From assembly GCF_001194135.2 (NCBI RefSeq), contig NC_068981.1, positions 86,725,395 to 86,765,559 on the forward strand: 40,165 nt of DNA, read 5' to 3'. The translations under genes were made by a program, and so were the position numbers. This document shows, one piece after another, positions 1 through 12,240 of the stretch; the stretch's first letter is position 1, and each line of letters starts with the position of its first letter. The stretch is from Octopus bimaculoides (lineage: Eukaryota). A model generated the notes under the pieces. The model had not been told where the DNA came from, did not search any database, and saw nothing but the letters and a program-made list of their open reading frames with translations.

Positions 1-49
<49 letters not shown>
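1..49. repeat. (GA)n microsatellite
   Basis: Pure GA run at window start. Confidence 0.98.
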
Positions 50-50
<1 letters not shown>

Positions 51-149
51 AGGACTAGCTACGTCAGGGTAATTTGTTGTGCTTTTTAAAAAGGCTAAGG
101 AAGTAAACCTCTAAAGAAAATCCGGAGGGAAGTACGTAATGGCAGATAC

Positions 150-284
150 CTGCAGTTTTACGTAACCAATATCTGGCATATTCTGCGACTCCATGGACAT
201 TGCGAACGTATTGATTTCTCTTTCCTTAGTGGCGAATCCATGAGTGGAGAAGTGGTCAGTGTACTCGGGGCTAGGCGCTAGCTT
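150..284 (-). CDS. Candidate internal exon of an unidentified host gene (135 nt, phase 0/0): KLAPSPEYTDHFSTHGFATKEREINTFAMSMESQNMPDIGYVKLQ
   Basis: Minus strand: acceptor ...atgtttctag|aag, 45 open codons, donor cag|gtatct; non-repetitive and more GC-rich than flanks; protein not recognised. Confidence 0.3.
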
Positions 285-371
285 CTAGAAACATCCCAGG
301 CACTGCAGAAGTGGATAAGTCACTCTCTAAGTCAACTAATGACGGTATTGGGCACTATATATTTATATAAT

Positions 372-441
372 ACATACATACGTACATACATACATACATA
401 CATACATACATACATACATACATACATACATACATACATAC
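372..441. repeat. (TACA)n microsatellite
   Basis: Direct reading. Confidence 0.95.
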
Positions 442-1369
442 GTAGCACATAAATACATATGCATGCATCTAGACATAAAAACGCATCCATAAAACAAACA
501 TACAAATCTGCGCATACACTAACACCAAATACTGCACACACACTCATGTGCACAAATACCTAGATGATGTTGATAAAAGTTCCAATGAAGGAGCCTTGAA
601 TCTATGTTAGAGTCCGGCTCTTTCTCTATGGACAAGAAATACAGAAATGAAACTGATTGATAACATACATACATACATACATATATACATACATACATAC
701 ATACATATATATANNNNNNNNNNNNNNNNNNNNNNNNNNNNNNNNNNNNNNNNNNNNNNNNNNNNNNNNNNNNNNNNNNNNNNNNNNNNNNNNNNNNNNN
801 NNNNNNNNNNNNNNNNNNNNNNNNNNNNNNNNNNNNNNNNNNNNNNNNNNNNNNNNNNNNNNNNNNNNNNNNNNNNNNNNNNNNNNNNNNNNNNNNNNNN
901 NNNNNNNNNNNNNNNNNNNNNNNNNNNNNNNNNNNNNNNNNNNNNNNNNNNNNNNNNNNNNNNNNNNNNNNNNATATATATATATATATATATATAACTT
1001 GGTATAAGAAGAGACAAAAATTTAGATAATCATTTATATTTATGATTTACATCAACATAATAAATACATAGATGCATACACAGATATAAAATAAAATTAC
1101 AAGGCAAGTAACATATTAATGTATTATTTATAAAGAACTAAGAGTTATATGATGTAAAAATGTACATGAAAGGGTAAATAAATAAATAAAGGTTGATATA
1201 TCGATTAAAAATCATATTGAATTTAAATTTAAGGTTAAAAGACGTTGGAATAAGGATTAAAAGTTATAAAATACATCGGCAACAGTGGGAAATCCTAATT
1301 ATGGATATAAAAGTTTAGAAGAGTTCCGAAGAAATGTTTTATAGAGGGTTGTAACGTCAATATGAAGCA

Positions 1370-1440
1370 ATTCGACAGCCGTTTGGTCAGCAGGCCAGAA
1401 TCCTTTAGATTTACACTGATATGTCCCCTTCATCAGGAAT
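1370..1440 (-). ncRNA. Decayed type-I hammerhead ribozyme motif in a probable Penelope pseudo-LTR remnant
   Basis: Minus strand: attc-CTGATGA-a-gggg...acc-AAAC-ggct-GTC-gaat; stem I ATTC/GAAT pairs; G12 of GAAA missing, stem II poorly paired. Confidence 0.5.
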
Positions 1441-2064
1441 AAGTAAATAGATAATTGATCAAGTTTGAAGACATGTAAGAGAAAGGAAAGAAAGGAAGGA
1501 AATTTTTGCTTACATTACGTTAGTCGTCGGCTACTCCATCAGATAGCAATCACTTTTATGATGATTCATACTTGCATACGAAGGAAACCTATAGTGAAGG
1601 ATGACGGGAGAATTAAATTAAATTTAAAAAATGGCAAGTGATGGATGATGGGAGAATAAAAAATGAAAGGTCGATTTGCCAATCAATTCCGGGAAAACTT
1701 AATTACTAATAGAGGAAGAAGCAAGGCTGCCAAATGCTTCATTCCTTATATCTCGTCTTATGAAAAATGAGTGAAATTTATGAGTACATGAATGAATGGT
1801 ATCAGAGAATTTATTTAATGTGCTCGAATTGTATGATTTAAGAATAAAATATTATTCTCTAATGCATAAATTGTATTTGTTACTTATAGCATTATAGGAG
1901 AGGGCGTTTGCTATTATAGACTAAGAAATTTTATAATTAATGTTGTTATTCCTTAAATTATGTATATATGAGGCTAAAGTAATAGAATTTTTATATTTAA
2001 TGTTCGTAAATGAATTTAAATGCGTTCTATATATTTTTCTGAATTCAACAGTACTACCTAAATA

Positions 2065-3203
2065 CAGGGGTTGGACAAAATAATGGAAGCACCTAGCATC
2101 ATAGCATCATAATTTTGAAATATCTATAAAACCGTCAAAAGCTTGTTTATTTATATGGTTTTTGATTTATTATTAGTGTTGTTTAATATGTTTTGCTAAA
2201 ATTACTGTTTCTTTTCAGATATCATTAGAAAAAGGTAATTAAAATTCATTAAAACGACAGATCTATCGGACTTTGAAAGAGGTCAAATTGCAGGTTCTCG
2301 TATGGCAGGCGCTAGCATAACGAAAACAACCGAAATGTTTGGTGGGTGCATCAAGAAGTACTGTCTCGAAAGTAATGACAGCCTTTGAGAAAGACGGAAA
2401 AACCTCCTCGTCGAAACAAAACTCCGGAAGGAAACCAAAACTTTCAGATAGGGACCGTCGGACTCTTACGCGAATTGTTAGAGAGGATCACAAAAGTACA
2501 GCTCCCAAAAGTACTGCAGAGATTAATGACCACCTCAAGAACCCGGTTTCCACAAAAACTAACTATTCGCCGGGAGCTGCACAAAGCCGGATTTCATGGG
2601 AGGACTGCAATCAGAAAACCACTACTTTCAAAAACAAACGCTGCAAAGCGTTTAGAGTGGAGTAAAAACCTAGAGAATTGGTCCCTAGAGTAGTGGAAGA
2701 ATGTTGTTTTCTCGGACGAGTCATCCTTTACCTTATTTCCAACCACCGGCTGAGTATATATGTGGAGACATGCAAAAGAAGCATTTGATCCAGACTGCCT
2801 TCTTTCAACTTTTAAACATGGAGGAGGATCTGTGATGATCTGGGGGCTATATCTTGGAAATCCGCCGGCCCAATTGTTTCATTTCATGTCAGAATTAATA
2901 GTCAAGAATATTTAAACATTTTATCTGATCAAATTCATCCTATGGTTGTGGAACTGTTTCCGGGGGGAAATGAAATCTTTCAGGATGAAAACGCACCAAT
3001 TTACACTAAAGTTGTTACTGAATAGCACGAGCTAAAGTTGTTACTGAATGGCACGAGAAACATTCTAGTGAAGTTGAACATCTTATCTGACCACCACAGT
3101 CCCCAGATCTCAATATTATTGAACATTTATGGTGCATTTAGAAAAGCAAGTAAGGAGTCGATATCCTCCACCATCATCACTACAAGAACTGGAGACTGTT
3201 TCC
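2065..3203 (+). mobile_element. Tc1-like DNA transposon, 3'-truncated, frameshifted transposase
   Basis: TA + caggggttggacaaaataatggaagcacct TIR; SGRKPKLSDRDRR, RKPLLS, FSDES, VMIWG, PQSPDLNIIEHLW motifs. Confidence 0.93.
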
Positions 3204-4075
3204 TATGTCATGACGAAACCGAATATCCGGCCGTAGTTGGCAAAATCTTCATTGTTCGGACTCATTAGTCGTGTCAGGTTATCTGTCTAGAAGGACTCTC
3301 CGTCGTTAAACATGCGACCTGACAACCCCACTAACACAGCAACAGCTTACTCAGTCATGGCAGATGAATCTTGTGTACAGTGTTTACAGTCAGTGGTGTG
3401 CTCACAACAATCTACCTAAAAGATTCAATTACGCAATTCGAAGGTCATCCCCACCACATCTTCGACCATCACAACCGACCATTAATCAAGCCCTGAAGCA
3501 ATAAGAAAGAAGCTGAAGCAGTAGGTGGAAGATGTTAAGGGGAAGCGCATATCTGTTCCTGAATGCAGTCGGTTCGGATATATGGTTCATGTGACGTTGA
3601 CTCTAAAGACTATGACATCATTCGGCAGCTTCTTGAACAATGAAGTAGCCTTCTCAATGAACAACATTATTTGCTCCATATTGAGAACCCTAGAAAAGAT
3701 GTACTAACTAAAGTTCATTTCTATCTTTCCGTCCAGCTGGCTAGCCGTAACCCAGCATTCATCGTTAAGTTCAGTCGAACAAAGTCAAATAAAAGGCATA
3801 TAGTCGCACAAGCTGTACAGGAACTAAAGTTTGCAAGCTGAAGAACTGGAACAATATTCAATGCAGCAGACAATGATAGTCTGGAACGACTGTTCGTTCT
3901 GGTTGACATTACTGCTCTTAGTGACGTTCAATATAAAGAGCAAGGCAGCTTTCAAGAACATGGCGTTTACTGGTCCTGTAAGCCAGAGATTAAAAGACAC
4001 CATTCTGAGGGAGTTGGCGTTATGGTCAGGAACTGCATTGTCTCAAAGTTTGAAAACCTGCCAACAGGTCACTTC
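3204..4075 (+). mobile_element. RTE-clade LINE 5' region with start of decayed APE endonuclease
   Basis: Fragments LKFAS(W), DITALSDVQ, QGSFQEHGVYWSCKPEIKRHHSEGVGVMVRNCIVSKFENLP match RTE endonuclease N-terminus. Confidence 0.7.
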
Positions 4076-4259
4076 AACCACACCATCTTCATGTTACCAC
4101 CATGGCATGATTTTTTTTACCTCATTTGTTCATCTACCACCAATACCACCTTAATTATCACCATAATCTCTACCATAACTATCTCCATCATCAACTCCAC
4201 CAGTACAGTAATCACTACTTCTACCACCACTACCACTATGCTAAACTAACTGCCAGCTT

Positions 4260-4407
4260 CCTCTCCTTTCCCCTACCGCCATTTTGCTCTTTTTTCCCCT
4301 ATCGCCATCTTGCTCTTTTTTCCCCTATCGCCATTTTGCTCTCCTTTCCCCTACCGCCATCTTGCTCTCCTTCCCCTTACTGCCATCTTGCTCTCCTTTC
4401 ACCAACC
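4260..4407. repeat. 26-bp minisatellite (~5.5 copies; unit cctttcccctaccgccattttgctct)
   Basis: Units read directly. Confidence 0.9.
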
Positions 4408-5169
4408 GTCTTCGTAAAACATCATCTTTCTAGTTAGCAATTCATTAATCAAATTCATTTAATATTTATTTCGCTAAAAGTAATAATTTCATTAAACAAT
4501 AATTTTCATTTAAGCATTTATTAATTTTTGTCAACTATTTCCTTCGTTAAAATTACAGCTCCTGAACTTAGGGAACCTTCTTGAAAAGGGTTGGCTAAAT
4601 ATTGAAAGACTTTCATAGAAAAGTGAAAATTATTATTTATGAAGGTCTGCTTTGAAAATGATCAAACACATTAATGAAACTGAAGAGGGAAGTGTTGAAG
4701 TTTACTGAAAATATATGGTTAATTCAAATATGATAAGAATTGCATAGGAAAGTGGAAATTGTTCGCCATTTGAAAAAATGCACCTAAAGACTGATTGCCT
4801 GAAATGAAGAAATTACGCGTTTGCAAGAAAGAAATCGAAATTTATAATCGAAATTTGGATACTGTATATTTATGTAGTGACCAGACAGCTTTGGTATGCG
4901 TGACAGCAGTGATACGCTGTAGGCTTTTAAATGACACGCAATGGACATTGAAGGAAAACCTCGCTGTGATATTATGCCATAAAAAGCTTATCTATAAGCA
5001 TTTAACTAAGACAAAGGCTCTACAATAACAGGCTTATTATAGAGATTAAAATTTTGACACACCGTCCTAAAAAAGTTTTCACCATCACCTATTTAGAAGT
5101 ATGAAAACAATAATGATAATGATAATGATAATGACTGTTATTTCAGATATACTCAGAAGGTCAATAATT

Positions 5170-5360
5170 TTGAAGGGAAGAGTTAATCTATATCCTTCGA
5201 CTTTTATACTAGACTGTTACTTACTTATTATATCGACTCCGGAAAGATTAAAAGCAAAGTTGACCTTGATCAGATTAGAAATCAGAACTTAGTGAGCCAG
5301 AAGTAATACTGCAAAAACATTTTTCCGGCGCTCTAACGATTCTGTCCGTTTGCCGCCATA
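5170..5360 (-). mobile_element. Degenerate tRNA-derived SINE (abundant ggggtcgatgtaatcgac family)
   Basis: Homologous to neighbouring copies at 5390-5593 and 5668-5882. Confidence 0.7.
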
Positions 5361-5389
5361 AACTAATGATAATAATAATTCTTTCTACA

Positions 5390-5592
5390 ACTGGCACATG
5401 ACCTGATATTTTTGAGGAGTTGGAATAGTCGATTACATCGACCCCAGTGTTTCACTGGTACTTATTTTATCGACCCCAAAAGGACGGAAGGCAAAGGTGG
5501 CCTCGGCGGAATTTGAACTCAGAAAGTAAAGACGAACGAGATGCCGTAAAGCATTTTGTCTGGCGTTCTAACGATTCTGCAAGCACGTCACC

Positions 5593-5593
<1 letters not shown>
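5390..5593 (-). mobile_element. tRNA-derived SINE
   Basis: gtcgattacatcgacccc core; gaatttgaactc (B-box on minus strand); head ends at aacgattctgcaagcacgtcacc. Confidence 0.85.

Positions 5594-5665
<72 letters not shown>
5594..5665. repeat. (AAT)n microsatellite
   Basis: Direct reading. Confidence 0.97.
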
Positions 5666-5667
<2 letters not shown>

Positions 5668-5882
5668 GCCTTTACTACTAAAGGCACAAGGCCTGAAATT
5701 TGGTAGGAGGAGATTAAGTCGATTACATCGACCCCAGTATTTCACTGGTACTTAATTTATTAACCCTTAAAGGATGAAAGGTAAAGTCGACCTTGGCAGA
5801 ATTTGAGCTCAGAACGTATAAACGGATGAAATGCTGCGATGCATTTTATCTGGCGTGCTAACGATTCTGCCAGCTCACCACG
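5668..5882 (-). mobile_element. tRNA-derived SINE
   Basis: Same family; aaggcacaaggcctgaaatt tail to aacgattctgccagctcacc head. Confidence 0.88.
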
Positions 5883-5897
5883 TTAATAATAATAATG

Positions 5898-5977
<80 letters not shown>

Positions 5978-5993
5978 AAGAAGAAGAAGAAGA
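5883..5993. repeat. (AAT)n(AAG)n compound microsatellite
   Basis: Direct reading. Confidence 0.97.
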
Positions 5994-6011
5994 GGACTGA
6001 ATGGATAATAA

Positions 6012-6375
6012 TAAGAAGAAAAAGAGGGGGAAGAGGACTGAATGCGAACACAGCATTAGAGCAGAAGAAAACAACATAGCATGGTATGTAAAAAATACCA
6101 CAAAACCACTATTATTGGAAGTAAGAAGATCGGGCTTGTGTAGGATGGAAGATTGAAAAGATAAAGCAGTGTACAAGGACTTGAGAATGAATGAAACTGA
6201 AAATAGATGGGTAAAGAAAAGAATGCATGGACAGTTTCATAGGGATGTTGAAGATAAGACAGATAGAGAAAAAAGATGGCTATGGATGACTAAAATGGGT
6301 TTAAAACCGGAAACGGAGGCTCTAATCTGTGCTGCCCAAGAGCAAGCATTAAGAACGAATTACATCAAACATTAC
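6012..6375 (+). pseudogene. RLE-type (R4/Dong-like) non-LTR retrotransposon, post-RT segment
   Basis: RRKRGGRGL...EENNIAWYVK...MHGQFHRD...GLKPETEALICAAQEQALRTNYIKH. Confidence 0.85.
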
Positions 6376-7945
6376 TAAGCAACAAGAAAAGAAAATACTA
6401 CGTAAATACAAAATTACAGAACAAGGTATACTGAGGTAAGAGAACAGCTAAAGCAAGATATCCTCACCAAAGCATAAAGAATCCGCCGGTATGAGAAACG
6501 CCAACGTTTCTTTGAACAAAACAAACAGTTCAACTTCAACCTTAAAAGATTCTACCAAGAACTTGGCAAAAATAAAATAGACATCAATGCATCACCAGCA
6601 GCAGAAGTAGTGGAAGAATTTTGGAAAGAAATATAGTCGGCGAAAGAACAACCTCAGAAAAGATCTATCAAAACATCGAACACAGCATTTGAACAACTCT
6701 GGACCCCTGTGACAACTGAAGAGGTCACCCAGGCACTGCAAAGACTAAGCAACTGGAAGACACCCGGGCACGACAAGATCCCTAACTACTGGTTAAAATA
6801 CCTAACAAGAATATATAAAAAAGCTGACTGAAAAATTTAGTGCAATACAAGCGGAGACGATGCCCGAATGGCTCACTAAAGAGAAAACTATCCTAATTCC
6901 CAAATCCACTGAAACAGCAAACCCACAAAATTACAGACCTATAACCTGTCTTCCTACAATTTACAATGCCTTTACTGCAATAATATCGCAGAGAATGGGA
7001 AAACATTTGGAAGAAAACAACCTGTTTCCAGATGAACAGAAGGGATGCTGCAAGGGCTCATATGGCTGTAAAGATCAGCTACAGACCAATAAAGCCATAA
7101 CTGAAGACAGTCGCAGAAAGAAGGGTCTAAGTATGGTCTGGATCGATTACCGAAAGGCTTTTGATAGTATTCCCTACACATGGATCCTAGAAACACTAGC
7201 CACGAACAAGGTAGTACCAATAATCATAAAATATATAAAACATTCCATGAATAAATTAGCAGACAGCTCCAGACAAAAGAGGGACTCATAAAAGCCAAAG
7301 CCATACCCATTAGAAGAGGAATATTCCGGGGAGACACGCTCTCGCCTCTCCTTTTCTGTTTGGCACTGACACTTTTATCTGACATGCTAAACAGAACTGG
7401 ATGTGGATACAACTGTTATGGCAAAACAATCAACCATCTCTTCTATATGGACATTCTAAAACTGTACGCTACAAATGATAATCAGCTGGAAACATTACTA
7501 CAGAAACTACATGGATTTACCAAAGAAATAAACATGAAACTTGGCTGAGAAAAATGTGCCAAAGCAACATTGAAAAGAGGGAAACTAATTAAGAGTAGCA
7601 ACATCACACTAGGTAAAGCGAATGAAATAAGAGAATTAGACCAAAGCCAGACATACAAATATTTAGGAATCAATGAGCTAGATACAATACAACACACACA
7701 AATGAAAGAGAAGATAAAAAAAAAGAATACTACAGACGAGCTCAATGCGAAAAACAAGATAATAGGTATCAACACTCTATCCGTCCCAATTATAAGTTAC
7801 AGCTACAATATTCTTAACTGGACTCTAAATGAACTAATCGAAATAGACTGGAAAACAAGAAAAATAATGATAGGATTTAGGATGCACCATCCAAAATCTG
7901 ACACAGACAGGTTATATATACAACGTATGGAAGGTGGTTAAGGCC
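6376..7945 (+). pseudogene. RLE-type non-LTR retrotransposon RT region, multiply disrupted
   Basis: NYRPITCLPTIY, EQKGC, WIDYRKAFDSIP, RGIFRGDTLSPLLF, FYMDILKLYA (YMDD mutated), TYKYLG, HPKSDTDRLYIQRMEGG. Confidence 0.92.
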
Positions 7946-8316
7946 ACATTTTGCCGTCAATATCCTGAAAATAACCCGTGTTGTTAATATTTGTAAACAT
8001 GTGTTATGTCTCCGGTAATTTTCTTTCATTTAAATAAATGTTTATGTTAATTTAAATGATTTATCCAAAAAATCTTATTTAGCTGTTATTTTTAGCACAC
8101 AACACAACCACCTTAATGCTCAATGGCAAAAAGAAACGAGTAAACAAATATTTAAGCATTCAATATGCATTTAATGCAAATGCGATAAACAACACGTTCC
8201 ATGCGATAAGCACATTACAATTTTTAACAGAAAGATTTGGAAGAATTAGTTGAAAGTCTCCAGTACTTTTCGTGTAAATAAATGTTTAAGTTAATTTTAA
8301 AAATTTGCCTGCAAAA

Positions 8317-8667
8317 GGATCTTATCGGTTTGGCTGCCAGCATTAATTCAGCTCGAATTGATTTCATATTCAGTGTAATGATACACTTTTATAGGTTTTA
8401 CAAATATTGACAATACCTGCTATCTTCAGGACGTTGACAACAAAATGTGCAGTTACGCACAAAATGACAGCTTCTAAATCCTGTTTCCTGACTGGGTGAA
8501 AATGATCAAACTTTAAACCTCTTTAACTTTTTAAAAACTTTTTTTCTGAAAAAAAAAATGAAATAGCTCCAGCAATTCAGTTTGGGGAAGTGTATTATTA
8601 TGCCAAATTTTAAAATTTTCGGTAAGCTTTAATTTTTGAAATGCTGGCAGCCAAACCGATAAGATCC
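8317..8667. mobile_element. MITE-like element with perfect 28-bp inverted repeats
   Basis: ggatcttatcggtttggctgccagcatt (8317-8344) is the exact reverse complement of 8640-8667; no clear TSD. Confidence 0.7.
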
Positions 8668-10932
8668 ATGAAAGGATTTTGTCTATCTATTTATTTATTT
8701 CGGCTGTCCACCTGTTATTATTTATTTACATGTTGTAATTGTCTATTATTACTTGGTTAGAGAATATTATAAAAGTGAAAGGATTTTGTCTATTTATTTA
8801 TTTATTTATTTATTTATTTATTTCGACTATCCACCTGCGACGGAGATTAAATTGACTAGGAACATTGTACGCGATGAATATCCAACACCAGACAATCTTA
8901 ATCTCCATATTTAAACTGCATTCAACTTTGGAAAACTTCCCTTTATCTATTCTGAGTTACTTGAAAGGTAATGTTCCCGTCCCTCTCTTCTATTTGTTGA
9001 TACCTTTGTTTACCTACCAATGCGTTGTTTCACTTTAAGGATGCTTTTTTACTCATCTAATATAATATTTCGAGTGCGAGATCTATTCACTGCGAACTGC
9101 TAAAGATTCAAAGCAGTATTCGTGAACTGAAGTCAAACTTTTCATGTCTTCATTTTTCGTTACCTGAAGTCAAATTCAGAGTGGTCGTGCACAGAAAGCA
9201 CGTAGCAAATACATTCCTTTAACACTACTTTTTCAAGTCGGTATTATATTGTATTTTTTAACGTACCAATCGTACTTCTCCCCGAAAAAATAGTTCCCTT
9301 TGCTGTTGAATAAAATTAACTCGCAGAGTTAATTTCCTTACACCATTTATGTAGCTGTTTCTGACAAGAAATTTCACTTTCATCTAAAACAACTATATTT
9401 TGTAGTCATTATTCGTAATATACTCCCAAAACACTTCAGTAACTCTACTTTGCATTGCTTGCAAACTTATATGTTCTATGATCATTAAAATGCAACAACC
9501 TCCACAATAACCAGCCTTCAATTTGGTTTTCCGTTTGTAGGTTAATTGGAAATATAGATTGCTCTGCTACTCATAAACCTTCTCAGTAGTTCAATTATTT
9601 GGTGAAAAAGTACCACCAAAGCAACTTAAACCGTCCAAAGGACGATATGCATACATACATACATACATACATACATACATACATACATACATNNNNNNNN
9701 NNNNNNNNNNNNNNNNNNNNNNNNNNNNNNNNNNNNNNNNNNNNNNNNNNNNNNNNNNNNNNNNNNNNNNNNNNNNNNNNNNNNNNNNNNNNNNNNNNNN
9801 NNNNNNNNNNNNNNNNNNNNNNNNNNNNNNNNNNNNNNNNNNNNNNNNNNNNNNNNNNNNNNNNNNNNNNNNNNNNNNNNNNNNNNNNNNNNNNNNNNNN
9901 NNNNNNNNNNNNNNNNNNNNNNNNNNNNNNNNNNNNNNNNNNNNNNNNNNNNNNNNNNNNNNNNNNNNNNNNNNNNNNNNNNNNNNNNNNNNNNNNNNNN
10001 NNNNNNNNNNNNNNNNNNNNNNNNNNNNNNNNNNNNNNNNNNNNNNNNNNNNNNNNNNNNNNNNNNNNNNNNNNNNNNNNNNNNNNNNNNNNNNNNNNNN
10101 NNNNNNNNNNNNNNNNNNNNNNNNNNNNNNNNNNNNNNNNNNNNNNNNNNNNNNNNNNNNNNNNNNNNNNNNNNNNNNNNNNNNNNNNNNNNNNNNNNNN
10201 NNNNNNNNNNNNNNNNNNNNNNNNNNNNNNNNNNNNNNNNNNNNNNNNNNNNNNNNNNNNNNNNNNNNNNNNNNNNNNNNNNNNNNNNNNNNNNNNNNNN
10301 NNNNNNNNNNNNNNNNNNNNNNNNNNNNNNNNAAAAAAAAAAAAAATTAGATTCACGCTAGTAACGAATTCCATTTTTCAAAATGTGAATTTTTATGCCA
10401 TATTCGCAGTATGAATAATTTACATTTGTCGAAAGAATATTGCGATTTCAGAATTTCGCATAAGAAAATATCGTATAAAATGTAAACACATTTCTCAAAC
10501 AGAAAATAAAGAAATAATAATAATAGTAATAATAATAAAAAAATTAAAACATGAATGAAGGATGAACTCAAGCAAAATGATTATCTTTTGTACATTCAAA
10601 AATTATGAATAAGTATAAGGAAAAGTAGTTATATTTTTATCATTTGCCTTTGTCATCGTCGATGTTTTTGAATATCATTTTCGCTGTTGCTGTATTGGAA
10701 AATGAAACATTCAAGTTCTTCGCTGTTTCTATCAATGGAACTTTGTAGTTATTCTTTACTGTTATTCTCACATTTTCCATAAACCATTTCATTTTCCATG
10801 CAGTGTAAAACACTGTACTTCATACAAAATTTGATCTCTTCTTTCACTTAGTGGTCAGACCGTAGGTGGTCTTCTTCTTGTAGCAAAAGGGATGTCCACT
10901 TAGTGGTCATCCCTCTTATATGTATTTATGTA

Positions 10933-11806
10933 TGTATGGATAAATTGTCACCATTCTATATTTTTAATTTCAGTCATGCGCATTGTTTGTTTTTGATTTT
11001 GTTTACTACACAGTATAGTAGAGTCAGTTGGGCACCGTCTGTGAGGAAAAAACACCACCATAACGCAATTCACTCTGCCAGAAATTTGGAAACGACACGC
11101 TGTACTGCCTGGAATTCACGCTGGAAGCTCCAATACGAACATTTCAGAGTGTTTGGCTGTCAATCTGAGGACAGGGCAATCTGAAGACATGTACCGAGAG
11201 TGATAAAATCAAACATCCACCAACATCATGGTATTTGGAGTGATCACTAATGATGGCCACGCCATGCTTCTAGTCATCTTCCTACACGGCTTCAAACGCA
11301 ACACGGAGGCTTACATCAAGTGCTTGGAGGAGGTAGTGCTGCCCTGGGTCAAGAGGATGGCGGCTGGAAGACTCTATGTCTGGCAACAGGATTCTGCACC
11401 ATGCCACACAATTAGGAGAACCCAGTCATGGCTGTCAGACAATTTCTGCGACCACATCACCCATAACATCTGACCACCAAACTCCTCAGACTATAACCCC
11501 CTTTATTATTACGTGTGGGGCGCAGTTGAGCGAGAGACCTTGTAACACCAAAAATGAAGTGAAGATAAGGATTATAGCACATTCACCAACTTAAACAAGG
11601 AGACCGGGCAGAAGAGTTGCTGTAGATTCCGAAGTCATCTGGAGGCTGTAGTTGAAGCCAATGGCGATTCTATTGGCTAAATTTACTCTTTAGTATTTCA
11701 AGATATTTTTATGTAATTTTGGTAAATATATCTGTTAAAATGAGATGTCAGTGTTATTTTCATTTTTGCGCAATTTAGACGACAGTTTATTCACCGCACA
11801 CCTGTG
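10933..11806 (+). mobile_element. maT/DD37D mariner-like element, internally deleted
   Basis: MVFGVITNDG...VWQQDSAPCH...PPNSSDYNPL; 37-residue spacing; right TIR ends cacctgtg+TA; homologous to 27029-27847. Confidence 0.88.
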
Positions 11807-12132
11807 TATACACACACGCACACACACACACACACACACNNNNNNNNNNNNNNNNNNNNNNNNNNNNNNNNNNNNNNNNNNNNNNNNNNNNNNNNNNNNN
11901 NNNNNNNNNNNNNNNNNNNNNNNNNNNNNNNNNNNNNNNNNNNNNNNNNNNNNNNNNNNNNNNNNNNNNNNNNNNNNNNNNNNNNNNNNNNNNNNNNNNN
12001 NNNNNNNNNNNNNNNNNNNNNNNNNNNNNNNNNNNNNNNNNNNNNNNNNNNNNNNNNNNNNNNNNNNNNNNNNNNNNNNNNNNNNNNNNNNNNNNNNNNN
12101 NNNNNNNNNNNNNNNNNNNNNNNNNNNNNNNN

Positions 12133-12170
<38 letters not shown>

Positions 12171-12197
12171 CATACATACATGAACATATACATATAG

Positions 12198-12240
<43 letters not shown>

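Noticed and set aside
4540-5040. Possible decayed pogo/CENP-B HTH fragment
   Set aside because: No motif clear enough to support a call
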